Shown here one piece after another: positions 47,388-55,626 of a stretch of DNA of 64,000 nt (the first letter of the stretch is position 1; the number at the start of each line of letters is the position of its first letter). This DNA comes from an uncultured Planctomycetaceae bacterium (GTDB lineage Bacteria; Planctomycetota; UBA1135; GCA-002686595), in NCBI GenBank assembly GCA_964428225.1, contig CAYRXS010000001.1, positions 2,774 to 66,773 on the forward strand. The letters are read 5' to 3'. A program made the translations under genes and the position numbers. Below the pieces are notes generated by a model, which saw nothing but the letters and a program-made list of their open reading frames with translations, was not told the origin of the DNA and ran no database searches.

Positions 47388-48338
47388 ATGCTCCCCGATC
47401 ACCAAGGTAGGTCTCGCACAGGGAATCGGGCGCTCCGGGCTCCATGGCCCGCGGCGCTCGGCATCGGATTCCCCACCCTCTTGCTCGCCGTGGTCGGCAC
47501 CGTTCTCGTCACCGGCATGCGGCAAAGCCCGACCCTCGCCGCCTTCGGTGGCCTTGGCCAGGACTTGGACGACGACGGGCTGTCGGACATTCAGGAAGAG
47601 GTCCTCTGTACCTCCCCCGTTCTGCCTGACACCGACGGGGACGAATACTCCGACCTCGAGGAGATCACCCGGCAGAGCGACCCCAGGAGCCGTTTCGACT
47701 TTCCCGGCCCCCACAGCCCGAAGACGGGCATGGTAGGGCGGGTGATCGGCGGCGGGCTGACGACCCTGTTCGCCCTCTACGTCGAGGGGGGGAACATGGC
47801 CGAGCTGGAGTTCCAGTTCGGCATCTCCTACCGCGGCACCGTGGTTCCTCTGGACCTCGGCGCCTACCAGGGGGCCACTCACGTCTCGCTCCACAACGCC
47901 AAGCAGAGCGCGGACAAGATCCTCGTCCTCGAGACCTGCATTCCCGACGCGATCATCCACGCCTACGGCTCCCTCTCCTTCTGGGGGATCCACCGCGGGG
48001 ACGGCAGCGGCTCCGGGGACTCGGCCACCGCCCTGAACCTGACCAGCTTCCTGGGCCATACCCTCAGCATCGAGCCCTCCCCGATCTCGGTGGGGCACGG
48101 CGAGGGGGTGATCAACCGGCCGATCGAGTCGGGCTCCGCCATCCCCGGCGACTGGAGCGGAGGCGAGATCTGCTGGCAGAAGACGACCCTCGTCGGCGTC
48201 AACGGCGCCTCGATCATCTACGAGGTCGAGGATGCCGCATGCGAGCAGATGGATACCTACTGCAAGCCCGTGGATTGCGAAGCCACGGTAGGCTCGATCA
48301 TCGAGCTCGTGGACCCCGGAGCCCTGATCGGCGGCTAG
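47388..48338 (+). CDS. Hypothetical membrane-anchored protein with two thrombospondin-type-3-like Ca-binding motifs
   Basis: Basic N-terminus plus TM (WPAALGIGFPTLLLAVVGTVLVTG). DLDDDGLSDIQEE and DTDGDEYSDLEE. Six Cys in the C-terminal half. Alternative start at 47319. Confidence 0.55.
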   Translation: MLPDHQGRSRTGNRALRAPWPAALGIGFPTLLLAVVGTVLVTGMRQSPTLAAFGGLGQDLDDDGLSDIQEEVLCTSPVLPDTDGDEYSDLEEITRQSDPRSRFDFPGPHSPKTGMVGRVIGGGLTTLFALYVEGGNMAELEFQFGISYRGTVVPLDLGAYQGATHVSLHNAKQSADKILVLETCIPDAIIHAYGSLSFWGIHRGDGSGSGDSATALNLTSFLGHTLSIEPSPISVGHGEGVINRPIESGSAIPGDWSGGEICWQKTTLVGVNGASIIYEVEDAACEQMDTYCKPVDCEATVGSIIELVDPGALIGG

Positions 48339-48537
48339 CGAACCGCGGCCCGGCCGGAAGTTGCTGGAAAACCATTCCGGCGCCCTCGTGCCCTCTTCGT
48401 GGGGCGAGAACGGGGCTCCCGAGTCCAGAGATCGGCCCGGAACGGGTTGAAACCCGCGTTTCGCCGCCACTCGGGTAGGCTTGGGGGAACCCCCATCGCC
48501 GTTTTCGCGTCCAAGATCTTGCCGAGGTCTCTACCCG

Positions 48538-49131
48538 ATGAACCCCGACCCCGATGCCGAGCTCGTCCTCGGCTGCCAGCGGAAGGACCCCACCAGGCTG
48601 GAAGGTGAATTCCGGCTGTTGTATGACCGGTACAAGGACCGGATCTACAACGTGTGCTATCGGATCACGGGGAACGCCTCGGATGCCCTGGACGCCTCCC
48701 AGGAGACTTTCGGGATCATCTTCCGCCGCGTGGGAGAATTCCGGTTCCAGTCCCGCTTCTCGAGCTGGGTGTACCGGATTGCCGTGAACGCGAGCATCGA
48801 CCTCCGCCGTCGGGCCCGAACCCGGCGCCTCGCCTCTCTCGACACCTTCCAGGAGGCCCGCACCTCGGAGATCTCCGACGATGCGGTCGAGATGCCCAGC
48901 GAGGCGGCCTCCCGCCGGGAGCTCGAGGCGGAGATCCAGCGGGCGATCTGCAGGCTCTCCGACAAGCTCCGGGCCATCATCGTGCTGCGCTACAACCAGA
49001 ATCTCTCCTATGAAGAGGTGGCCGAAACCCTCCAGATTTCCCTGGGAACGGTGAAATCTCGACTTTCTAGGGCTCATGAAGCCCTTGATCGGGAACTTAC
49101 ACCGCTCTTGGACCGTCACTATCTCGGTTGA
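48538..49131 (+). CDS. ECF (group IV) sigma-70 factor
   Basis: Region 2 ASQETFGIIF..WVYRIAVNASID. Region 4 IIVLRYNQNLSYEEVAETLQISLGTVKSRLSRA. Confidence 0.9.
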   Translation: MNPDPDAELVLGCQRKDPTRLEGEFRLLYDRYKDRIYNVCYRITGNASDALDASQETFGIIFRRVGEFRFQSRFSSWVYRIAVNASIDLRRRARTRRLASLDTFQEARTSEISDDAVEMPSEAASRRELEAEIQRAICRLSDKLRAIIVLRYNQNLSYEEVAETLQISLGTVKSRLSRAHEALDRELTPLLDRHYLG

Positions 49132-49143
49132 GCATTACAGCCC

Positions 49144-49818
49144 ATGTCCATGCACTGCCAGGAACCCCGTGAGCGATGGCTCGAGGACCTTGCGAAGAGC
49201 AAGGTTTTGGGGACGAACTGCCATAATGGCGGGGACGGGGGTGACGAGCCGGAGAAGATCGCACACCTCGAGTCCTGCCCGGAATGCGCCGAGTGGGTCC
49301 GGCGGAACACCCTCCTGGCCCGAGCCCTGTGGGGGCTCCCCTCCCTGTCCGCGCCCCCGGAGCTCGCGACGCGGCTCTTCCCGCTCGAGCGGAGCGTGGC
49401 GGCGGCCGATCCCGAGGTCTCGCCCGTGATCCAGGCGGTGCGTGCCCTGGATCGCCACCCCGCTCCGGCGGTCCTGGAGCGCCTGGTGGCCGAGGAGCTG
49501 GCCGATCCCAGCGCGGCCCGGACGCGGCGGTTCGCGGGGGATCTCGAGCCCCTGCCCGCTCCCCGCAAGCTGGAGGTGCGCGTCCTGGCGGAGCTGCGCC
49601 GCAGAATCCGGCCCCGGAGGCTGCTCGGCCCCGTGGCCACCCTCGCGGCGGCGGCGGTGCTCGTCTGGGTCGGCCTGAACCAGTTCGGCGGGGCTCCCGA
49701 GAGCTCGGATCACCGCTACTCCTTCACCGTCCAGCACCCCGAGAGCCTGGAAGGATTGCCGCCGATGGCCCTCCGCATCGCCGAGGTCGTGGGCGGTTCC
49801 TCGAGGAGGGGAGGCTGA
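49144..49818 (+). CDS. Anti-sigma factor with a zf-HC2 motif
   Basis: HLESCPECAEWV (H-x3-C-x2-C). TM near the C-terminal third (LLGPVATLAAAAVLVWVGL). Immediately follows the sigma gene. Confidence 0.7.
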   Translation: MSMHCQEPRERWLEDLAKSKVLGTNCHNGGDGGDEPEKIAHLESCPECAEWVRRNTLLARALWGLPSLSAPPELATRLFPLERSVAAADPEVSPVIQAVRALDRHPAPAVLERLVAEELADPSAARTRRFAGDLEPLPAPRKLEVRVLAELRRRIRPRRLLGPVATLAAAAVLVWVGLNQFGGAPESSDHRYSFTVQHPESLEGLPPMALRIAEVVGGSSRRGG

Positions 49819-49819
49819 G

Positions 49820-50872
49820 ATGAAGCGCCTCTCCCGGATCCCCGCCGCGGCCCGCGTCCTGGGTCTCGCCCTCCTGGGCGCGCTCCTGGTCGTGAGCTGC
49901 TCGGACGAGCCGGTCGAGGGGGGCAACGGGAAGTCGCTCTCCCTGGGGGGCAACGCGGGCCAGGCTTCCCTGCTCGCCCTCTTGCCCTTCATCGAGCAGA
50001 CCCGCATCGCGCACTCGGGCACCCGCGAGGTCCTCAGCAAGGACTGGAGCGTGGTTCCTCCCCACACGATTCGCTTCCGCGAAGAGGTCCACTCGAGCGG
50101 GCAGGGCGACTACTCGATCCTGGCGACCGTGGCCCTCGAGGGCGTCGCGCCCTCCTGGACGATCTTCCAGCTGCTCCAGGAGAACCGCCAGGGCCTGTTG
50201 TTCCGCTACCGGGACTTCGCCATTCGCAACGGTCAGCTCTTCCGCCAGAACTGGCAGGTGACGAGCCTGGGCGTTCCCGGGAACGTGGCCGGGCGGACGT
50301 GCCAGCGCTACTCCGTGGAGTCCATCGGCGGCGGGGGCCACAGCTACACCATCTCGGTCGACGAGCAGACGGGATTGATCCTGCACTACGAGGAGAAAGA
50401 CCACCTGGATCGGCTCATCTCCTCCCTGACCTACGAGGCCGTCGACTACGCGCCCGATTTCACCGGCGTCGCCTGGTACGAGGAAGACGACCGGAAGAAG
50501 CTCGACCTGGGCGGGGACCTTCAGCCACAAATCGGGTTCGATCCCTTGGAGCCCCAGCTTCTGCCGGTGGGATACGAGCGCTCCGAGGCGGAGATCGCCG
50601 AGGTGAGCGGCGACAAGTGGTTGAAGCTGACGTACCAGGATGGGGTCAATACGCTGTTCTTCCTCCAGCGGTTCCCCCTCCGTGAGCGCCGGGATGGCTC
50701 CGGAAGCCGGGGCGGGCTGAGAGGAGTGACCGGCACGGAGGACACCGTGTCCGTCTATCTCCTCGGGGCCGCCACGGTGCTGCACGGAACCGTCGAGCGT
50801 CGAGAGATCATCGCGGTCGGGAAGGTCCCGGAGACCACGCTCCTGGACTTCCTCCAGTCCGCTCTGGACTGA
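49820..50872 (+). CDS. Lipoprotein, possibly an RseB/MucB- or LolA-like partner of the anti-sigma factor
   Basis: Lipobox LLVVSC. Tightly packed third gene (1-nt gap). The fold assignment is a guess from context and vague similarity. Confidence 0.5.
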   Translation: MKRLSRIPAAARVLGLALLGALLVVSCSDEPVEGGNGKSLSLGGNAGQASLLALLPFIEQTRIAHSGTREVLSKDWSVVPPHTIRFREEVHSSGQGDYSILATVALEGVAPSWTIFQLLQENRQGLLFRYRDFAIRNGQLFRQNWQVTSLGVPGNVAGRTCQRYSVESIGGGGHSYTISVDEQTGLILHYEEKDHLDRLISSLTYEAVDYAPDFTGVAWYEEDDRKKLDLGGDLQPQIGFDPLEPQLLPVGYERSEAEIAEVSGDKWLKLTYQDGVNTLFFLQRFPLRERRDGSGSRGGLRGVTGTEDTVSVYLLGAATVLHGTVERREIIAVGKVPETTLLDFLQSALD

Positions 50873-51095
50873 GCCGCCGCCGAGAGCCCGTTCCTGTTCC
50901 GGGGAAGGGCTCCGCTTCCGGGAACGCGAAGGGCCCGGGTCGGACGATCGGCTACTCGCGGATACGCCCGTTCGTGGACCTCCCGGCAATCGCCGCTTGC
51001 GTATTGGTGGCCCGACCGGGATTGCGTACAAACTGATTGCCGGGACGAACGTCGGTCGAATCCCTCGAGCCCCGCCAATCCGGAGTACGAGACCC

Positions 51096-52388
51096 ATGAA
51101 GAAGCCCACTCCGAACCAAGCCGCCCCCCCGGTCCTGTCGTGCATCGCGCGGTGGGCGCTCGCGATCGGAATCCTGCCCACGGCCGGCCTCGGCGCCGCC
51201 ACCACGAACGAGCCGGCATCCCCTCCGCCGCAGGGATCGATGGAGCTTCTGAGCGAGATCATCGATGCGGCGAGCGACGGCCGCTACTGGATCGAGGCCC
51301 GGTACCGCTTCGCGTACATCGCGCAAGGCGGCAAGAAGGCCGAGGCTCTCGCCTCCACCTTGCGCACCGTCTTCGGCTACGAGACCAGCGTCTGGAACGA
51401 CTTCCAGGCCGGGATCGAGTTCGAGAACGTGACCGCCATTGGCAACGACGTCTACAACAGCACGCAGAACGGGCACCTGTACGCTCCCATCGAAGCCGAT
51501 CCGGAAGGCACCGAGGTCAATCAGGCCTACATGGACTACCTGGGAACGGATCTGACCACCTTCCGGATGGGGCGGCAGAGGATCCGGTTGGACAACCAGC
51601 GTTTCGTCGGCTCGATCAGCTGGCGGCAGAACGAGCAGACGTTCGACGCTTTCACGATGTCCTCGACCCGGATGGACCGGTGGAAGCTCTTCTACGGGTA
51701 CATCAACAACGTCAATCAGGTCTTCGGCACCAACGCGGACATGTCCTCGCACCTCTTCAATGCGAGCTACGAGCTCGAGACGTGGGGCAACCTCGCGGGG
51801 TATCTATACGCTCTCGACTACGATCACATGTCCGTGCTCGACACGACGACCATCGGGATCCGCTGGACCGACGAGTCGGACGTGAGGGGCGACTTCAAGC
51901 TTGCATGGACGCTGGAGGCGGCCACCCAGAGCGACTACGCCGACAACCCGAACAGCATCGGCGCCAACTACTACCACGGCGAGCTTGCCGCGACCATGAC
52001 CGACGCCCCCGCCGGCCTCGGCATCCGGGGCGGCTACGAGGTCCTGGAAGGAAACAGCGCCAAGACCGGAGACATGTTCTCCACGCCCCTCGCCACCAGC
52101 CACGCCTTCAACGGCTGGGCCGACGTCTTCCTGACCACGCCGGACACCGGCCTGATGGACTACTACTTCGCGGTGAACGGAACCCTGAACAAGGCGAAGT
52201 GGGCGGTCATCTACCACATGTTCGAGCCCCAGGACGGCAGCATGGACTACGGCACCGAGCTGGACGCGGTGATCTCGTATCCGTGCTCGAGCCGCGTCCA
52301 GGTCGGCCTCAAGGGAGCCTTCTACTACTCCGACGGCTTCGCCTCGAACCGCGACAAGATCTGGTTCTGGCTGTCGATCAGACCCTGA
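51096..52388 (+). CDS. Outer-membrane beta-barrel of the alginate-export (AlgE-like) family
   Basis: Signal-like N-terminus. RYRFAYI..., RMGRQRIRLDNQRFVGSISWRQNEQTFDAF, alternating aromatic beta-strand pattern, aromatic-rich C-terminal strand (KIWFWLSIRP). Confidence 0.6.
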   Translation: MKKPTPNQAAPPVLSCIARWALAIGILPTAGLGAATTNEPASPPPQGSMELLSEIIDAASDGRYWIEARYRFAYIAQGGKKAEALASTLRTVFGYETSVWNDFQAGIEFENVTAIGNDVYNSTQNGHLYAPIEADPEGTEVNQAYMDYLGTDLTTFRMGRQRIRLDNQRFVGSISWRQNEQTFDAFTMSSTRMDRWKLFYGYINNVNQVFGTNADMSSHLFNASYELETWGNLAGYLYALDYDHMSVLDTTTIGIRWTDESDVRGDFKLAWTLEAATQSDYADNPNSIGANYYHGELAATMTDAPAGLGIRGGYEVLEGNSAKTGDMFSTPLATSHAFNGWADVFLTTPDTGLMDYYFAVNGTLNKAKWAVIYHMFEPQDGSMDYGTELDAVISYPCSSRVQVGLKGAFYYSDGFASNRDKIWFWLSIRP

Positions 52389-52627
52389 GCTTCTCCCCGC
52401 ATCCGAAAGGGACCCGAGGGCGGCCGGAAAACCTTTCTCCGGGGGGCCGGAGCTCCGCCGTCGAAAACTGAGGGATCGGCTACGTACGGGCCTCGGGGGT
52501 CTTCGACAAGAAGATCAGCCCCCGGCGCGGCTTAACCGCGCGTTTCCAGAACCCGTGGTGCCTCCTCGGGCCTTGCCCGATCCGAGGTGGGCAGAACACC
52601 AAGAGCGACCCCCAAGCACGTACGGAA

Positions 52628-53002
52628 ATGAAGAAGATCCTCATTGTCGATGACTCGGCCACCATGCGCAAAATCATCATGCGCGTCCTACGTCAGGCCG
52701 AGTTCGTAGCCGAAACGGTCCTCGAAGCCGCGAACGGAGTCGAGGCCTTGCAGAAGCTCGTGTCGGATCCCGACATCCAGATGATCTTCAGTGACATCAA
52801 CATGCCGGAGATGAACGGGATCGACCTCGTCAAGGCCGTGCGCACGAAGCACGACAAGGACCAGATACCGATGGTGATGATCACCACCGAGGGCGGCGAA
52901 GCAATGCTTCAAACCGCCATGGAGAGCGGCGCCAACGGATACGTCACGAAGCCCTTCACCCCGGATGCGATCCGCCAGGCTCTGGAGTCCGTTGTTGGGT
53001 AG
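52628..53002 (+). CDS. cheY: CheY-like single-domain response regulator
   Basis: 124 aa. ILIVDDSATMR (acidic pair), phospho-acceptor FSDINMPEMNG, conserved T (MITTEG) and K (YVTKPF). Confidence 0.9.
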   Translation: MKKILIVDDSATMRKIIMRVLRQAEFVAETVLEAANGVEALQKLVSDPDIQMIFSDINMPEMNGIDLVKAVRTKHDKDQIPMVMITTEGGEAMLQTAMESGANGYVTKPFTPDAIRQALESVVG

Positions 53003-53537
53003 CAGCGCAAAGGCCGCCCGGTCGAGCGCAGATCCCTCGATCCCGGGTCACTCCGACCTCCTTCAGGTTCTCAAGGAGTCCGCCCAGGAGGTGCTCACCA
53101 TGATGGTGTCCACTCTCCAAGAGGCGACCGTGCGCCGACAGATCGGTCTGGATTCCATCGAGATCGAGGGGGAGGACGGCGCCCCCCAGCAGTTGTGCAT
53201 GGACATCGAGGCGACCGTCGAGTTCCAGGGAACGCTCGTCGGCGCCGTCGTCCTGCGGTGCACCACGGAGGGAGCCCAGGACATCGCCCGCAGCTTCCTG
53301 ATGCTCGAAGAGGGCGACCCGCTTGAAGAGGACGAGATGGCCGACGCACTCGGCGAATGCGCCAACATGGTGGCCGGCACCCTCAAGACGAAGGGGCTCG
53401 ATCCCCACGGTGAGTTCCAGCTGGGAATCCCCCAGCTCAAGAAGAACGAGACGCCCCCCGTGGGCCGCCATCGCGGCGTGCTCGCCTATCGCCTGACTCA
53501 GGGCGTGATCGCCCTGGAGATCTGGCTAGATGACTGA
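52965..53537 (+). CDS. cheX: CheX-type CheY-P phosphatase (CheC/CheX/FliY family)
   Basis: ADALGECANMVAGTLK contains D-x3-E-x2-N. N-terminal LLQVLKESAQEVLTMM helix is typical of CheX. Start uncertain: ATG 52965 overlaps cheY by 38 nt, and TTG 52992 or 52995 are alternatives. Confidence 0.75.
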   Translation: MRSARLWSPLLGSSAKAARSSADPSIPGHSDLLQVLKESAQEVLTMMVSTLQEATVRRQIGLDSIEIEGEDGAPQQLCMDIEATVEFQGTLVGAVVLRCTTEGAQDIARSFLMLEEGDPLEEDEMADALGECANMVAGTLKTKGLDPHGEFQLGIPQLKKNETPPVGRHRGVLAYRLTQGVIALEIWLDD

Positions 53538-53543
53538 ACCACC

Positions 53544-54110
53544 ATGACCGAGACAGCCAGCAAAGTCGTCACCGACCTCGAGCTCATCGAGAACATCTTC
53601 GAGCGGATCAGCGCGGACCTGGGGATGATCATCGATCGCGAGTTCAAGATCTCCTCGGCCACCGTCGAGCGCGCCAACAAGAGAGTCGAGGGACGGTCGA
53701 AGATCCACATCTCGTTCAAGCTCTGCTTCAAGAGCGAAGAAGGGTCCCAGCACGGCTGCGCGCTCATTCCGCTGCCGGACGCCATCAGCCTCGCCGCCTA
53801 TCTGATGATGGTCCCGGACGATGCGGTCAAGACCCATCGCTCGACGACGAACCTCGACCGCTCCACCAAGGACGCGATGCTCGAGGTGGGCAACTTCATC
53901 GGAGGGGCCTCCGACGCGGTCACGCGCAGCTGGTTCACCGACAACGTCTCGGTGCGCTCCGAAGGCTGCCAGGGAGTGCGCGCCAACGTCCGCCCCGCCT
54001 TCCCGCGGACCGAAGGCGAGGAGCTGATCGTCGGGCGGGCCACCGCGCAGATCCACGACTTCCCCGAGTTCGAGATCATCCTCATGCTGCCGGTGCTGCC
54101 CGGCATGTAG
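53544..54110 (+). CDS. CheC-like protein (second CXY-family phosphatase paralogue)
   Basis: STKDAMLEVGNFIGGASDAV contains D-x3-E-x2-N followed by G-G-A, as in CheC active-site helices. 6 nt after cheX. Confidence 0.6.
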   Translation: MTETASKVVTDLELIENIFERISADLGMIIDREFKISSATVERANKRVEGRSKIHISFKLCFKSEEGSQHGCALIPLPDAISLAAYLMMVPDDAVKTHRSTTNLDRSTKDAMLEVGNFIGGASDAVTRSWFTDNVSVRSEGCQGVRANVRPAFPRTEGEELIVGRATAQIHDFPEFEIILMLPVLPGM

Positions 54111-54135
54111 GGCGCGCCCGCCAGAAGGGGCACGA

Positions 54136-54186
54136 AGCTCCCCGCCCTCTCCTCGCTCGGGAGGGGGCGGGGAGCTGCATTTTTTT
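54136..54186 (+). terminator. Strong rho-independent terminator ending the cheY-cheX-cheC-like operon
   Basis: 17-bp stem AGCTCCCCGCCCTCTCC / GGAGGGGGCGGGGAGCT with one G-U pair, 7-nt loop, then GCA plus TTTTTTT (54180-54186). Confidence 0.85.
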
Positions 54187-54330
54187 CCCGTGTCCCGCGG
54201 AGGGGCCGGGGGGCGCGTCTCACGCGATTCGGTTTTGACCCCCTCCCGTCCTCGCGCCGCTCGACGGGGTACGTTTGGGTGTCGCCGGCCCTTCCGACCT
54301 TCCGGCGAGGCCCTGCTCGAGGACACCCGC

Positions 54331-54774
54331 ATGAGCGCCGAATTCGAGGACAAGCCGTTTTCCGAGAACCACCTGGACTCCCCCGAGTACCGGACGCGGC
54401 TGATGCGCAAGCTCAACACGCTGATTGCCGTGTTGGAAGTGGCTTGCGCCAAGGTGCGACGTTCCCTCGTCAATCCCGACGCCGACACGGAGAGGCTGAA
54501 TCGGATTCACAAGAACCTCAAGGACACGCTGCAGGTGTGTCTGCGGGCCAAGAGGGCCCTCGAGCGGTGCGAGAAACTGCCGGAAGGTCTTCCCTCGAGC
54601 CTCACCAGGGGCATCGGGGACGAAGCAGAGGCGCGGACGGAGCGGCTGCACGGCGCGGGCGTCGAGATGAGCTCGGCCGAAGAGACGGACAAGTTCGCCG
54701 AGCTCGGCCCGATCGACCCTCAGGAGATTCGGGCGACGGACATCAACGAGCTCTGCCGCCGTCTTCAGGAGTGA
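54331..54774 (+). CDS. Hypothetical protein (147 aa, helical)
   Basis: ATG 54331. Coding-like codon usage. No recognisable motif. Convergent with nadE. Confidence 0.5.
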   Translation: MSAEFEDKPFSENHLDSPEYRTRLMRKLNTLIAVLEVACAKVRRSLVNPDADTERLNRIHKNLKDTLQVCLRAKRALERCEKLPEGLPSSLTRGIGDEAEARTERLHGAGVEMSSAEETDKFAELGPIDPQEIRATDINELCRRLQE

Positions 54775-54799
54775 CCCCTACGCGCCCACCACGACTCCG

Positions 54800-55621
54800 C
54801 TATTTGCGCCAATCGCGCAGGTAGCGGAAGTCGTGGCTTATCGTACGTCGCGAGAGCTTGGCGATGACCGGGGGAAGGCGCTTGAACTGGTTGGCCACCA
54901 CCCGGCGGGCCACGCGGGCCACGAGATCCGCGTCGAATCCCTCTGCCAAGACCTCCTGCTCGTCGTAGCGCCGATCCACCATGCGGTAGAGGAGCCGATC
55001 CGCCTCCTCGTACGTGAAGCCGAGATCGGCCTCGTCGGTCTGCCCTTCCTCCAGATCGGCCGACGGCGGCTTGTCGATCACCTCGGCCGGAAGCCGCAGG
55101 TGCCGGGCGACCTGGTAGACCTGGTGCTTGTACAGATCTCCGAGCGGATTGATCGCATGCGCGGAGTCCCCGAACTGGGTGGAGTACCCCAGTAGCATCT
55201 CGGTCTTGTTGCTCGTGCCGATGACCAGCCCTCCCCACTCCACGGAGAGGTCGTAGAGCACGGTCATGCGGCAACGGGCCATCACGTTGCCCCGTCGCAG
55301 CCCGTCGTCGACCCCCTCCGTCTCGAGGTAGCCGTCGGCCATCGCGGAGATGTCCACGGTGCGGGACTCGACGCCGAGGCTCCTCGCGACGAGGCGGCCG
55401 TGCGTCTCGCTGTCGGGATTCGACGTGCGATAGGGCATCAGGACGCAGAGCACGCCCTCCGGAGCGAAGGCGTGCGCGCAGAGGGCCGCGGTCACCGCGG
55501 AGTCCACGCCCCCGGACAGGCCCACGACCACGCGGGACATCCCCGCCGCGCCCACCTCCTCTCGGAGGAAGCTCACGAGCAGCTCGGTCACGAGTTCGGG
55601 CTGGACGTCCAGCTCGCTCAC
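54800..55621 (-). CDS. nadE: NAD+ synthetase, synthetase-only subunit (NadE, PP-loop ATP pyrophosphatase)
   Basis: VVGLSGGVDSAV (SGGxDS). About 273 aa from GTG 55621, which lies 5 nt after the stop of the nitrilase-family gene. Confidence 0.88.
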   Translation of the reverse strand: MSELDVQPELVTELLVSFLREEVGAAGMSRVVVGLSGGVDSAVTAALCAHAFAPEGVLCVLMPYRTSNPDSETHGRLVARSLGVESRTVDISAMADGYLETEGVDDGLRRGNVMARCRMTVLYDLSVEWGGLVIGTSNKTEMLLGYSTQFGDSAHAINPLGDLYKHQVYQVARHLRLPAEVIDKPPSADLEEGQTDEADLGFTYEEADRLLYRMVDRRYDEQEVLAEGFDADLVARVARRVVANQFKRLPPVIAKLSRRTISHDFRYLRDWRK

Positions 55622-55626
55622 GGGTG

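Noticed and set aside
47124-52388. Genomic island integrated at tRNA-Arg
   Set aside because: No integrase, recombinase, transposase, phage or plasmid genes, and no direct repeat of the tRNA 3' end was seen. The content (ECF module, outer-membrane protein) looks chromosomal. Kept only as a low-interest note.
52540-52580. Possible sigma54 (-24/-12) promoter upstream of cheY: GGTGCC...GGGCCTTGCC
   Set aside because: The GG-to-GC spacing is off by one from the TGGCAC-N5-TTGC geometry, and the -24 element is TGGTGC rather than TGGCAC. Too weak to call.
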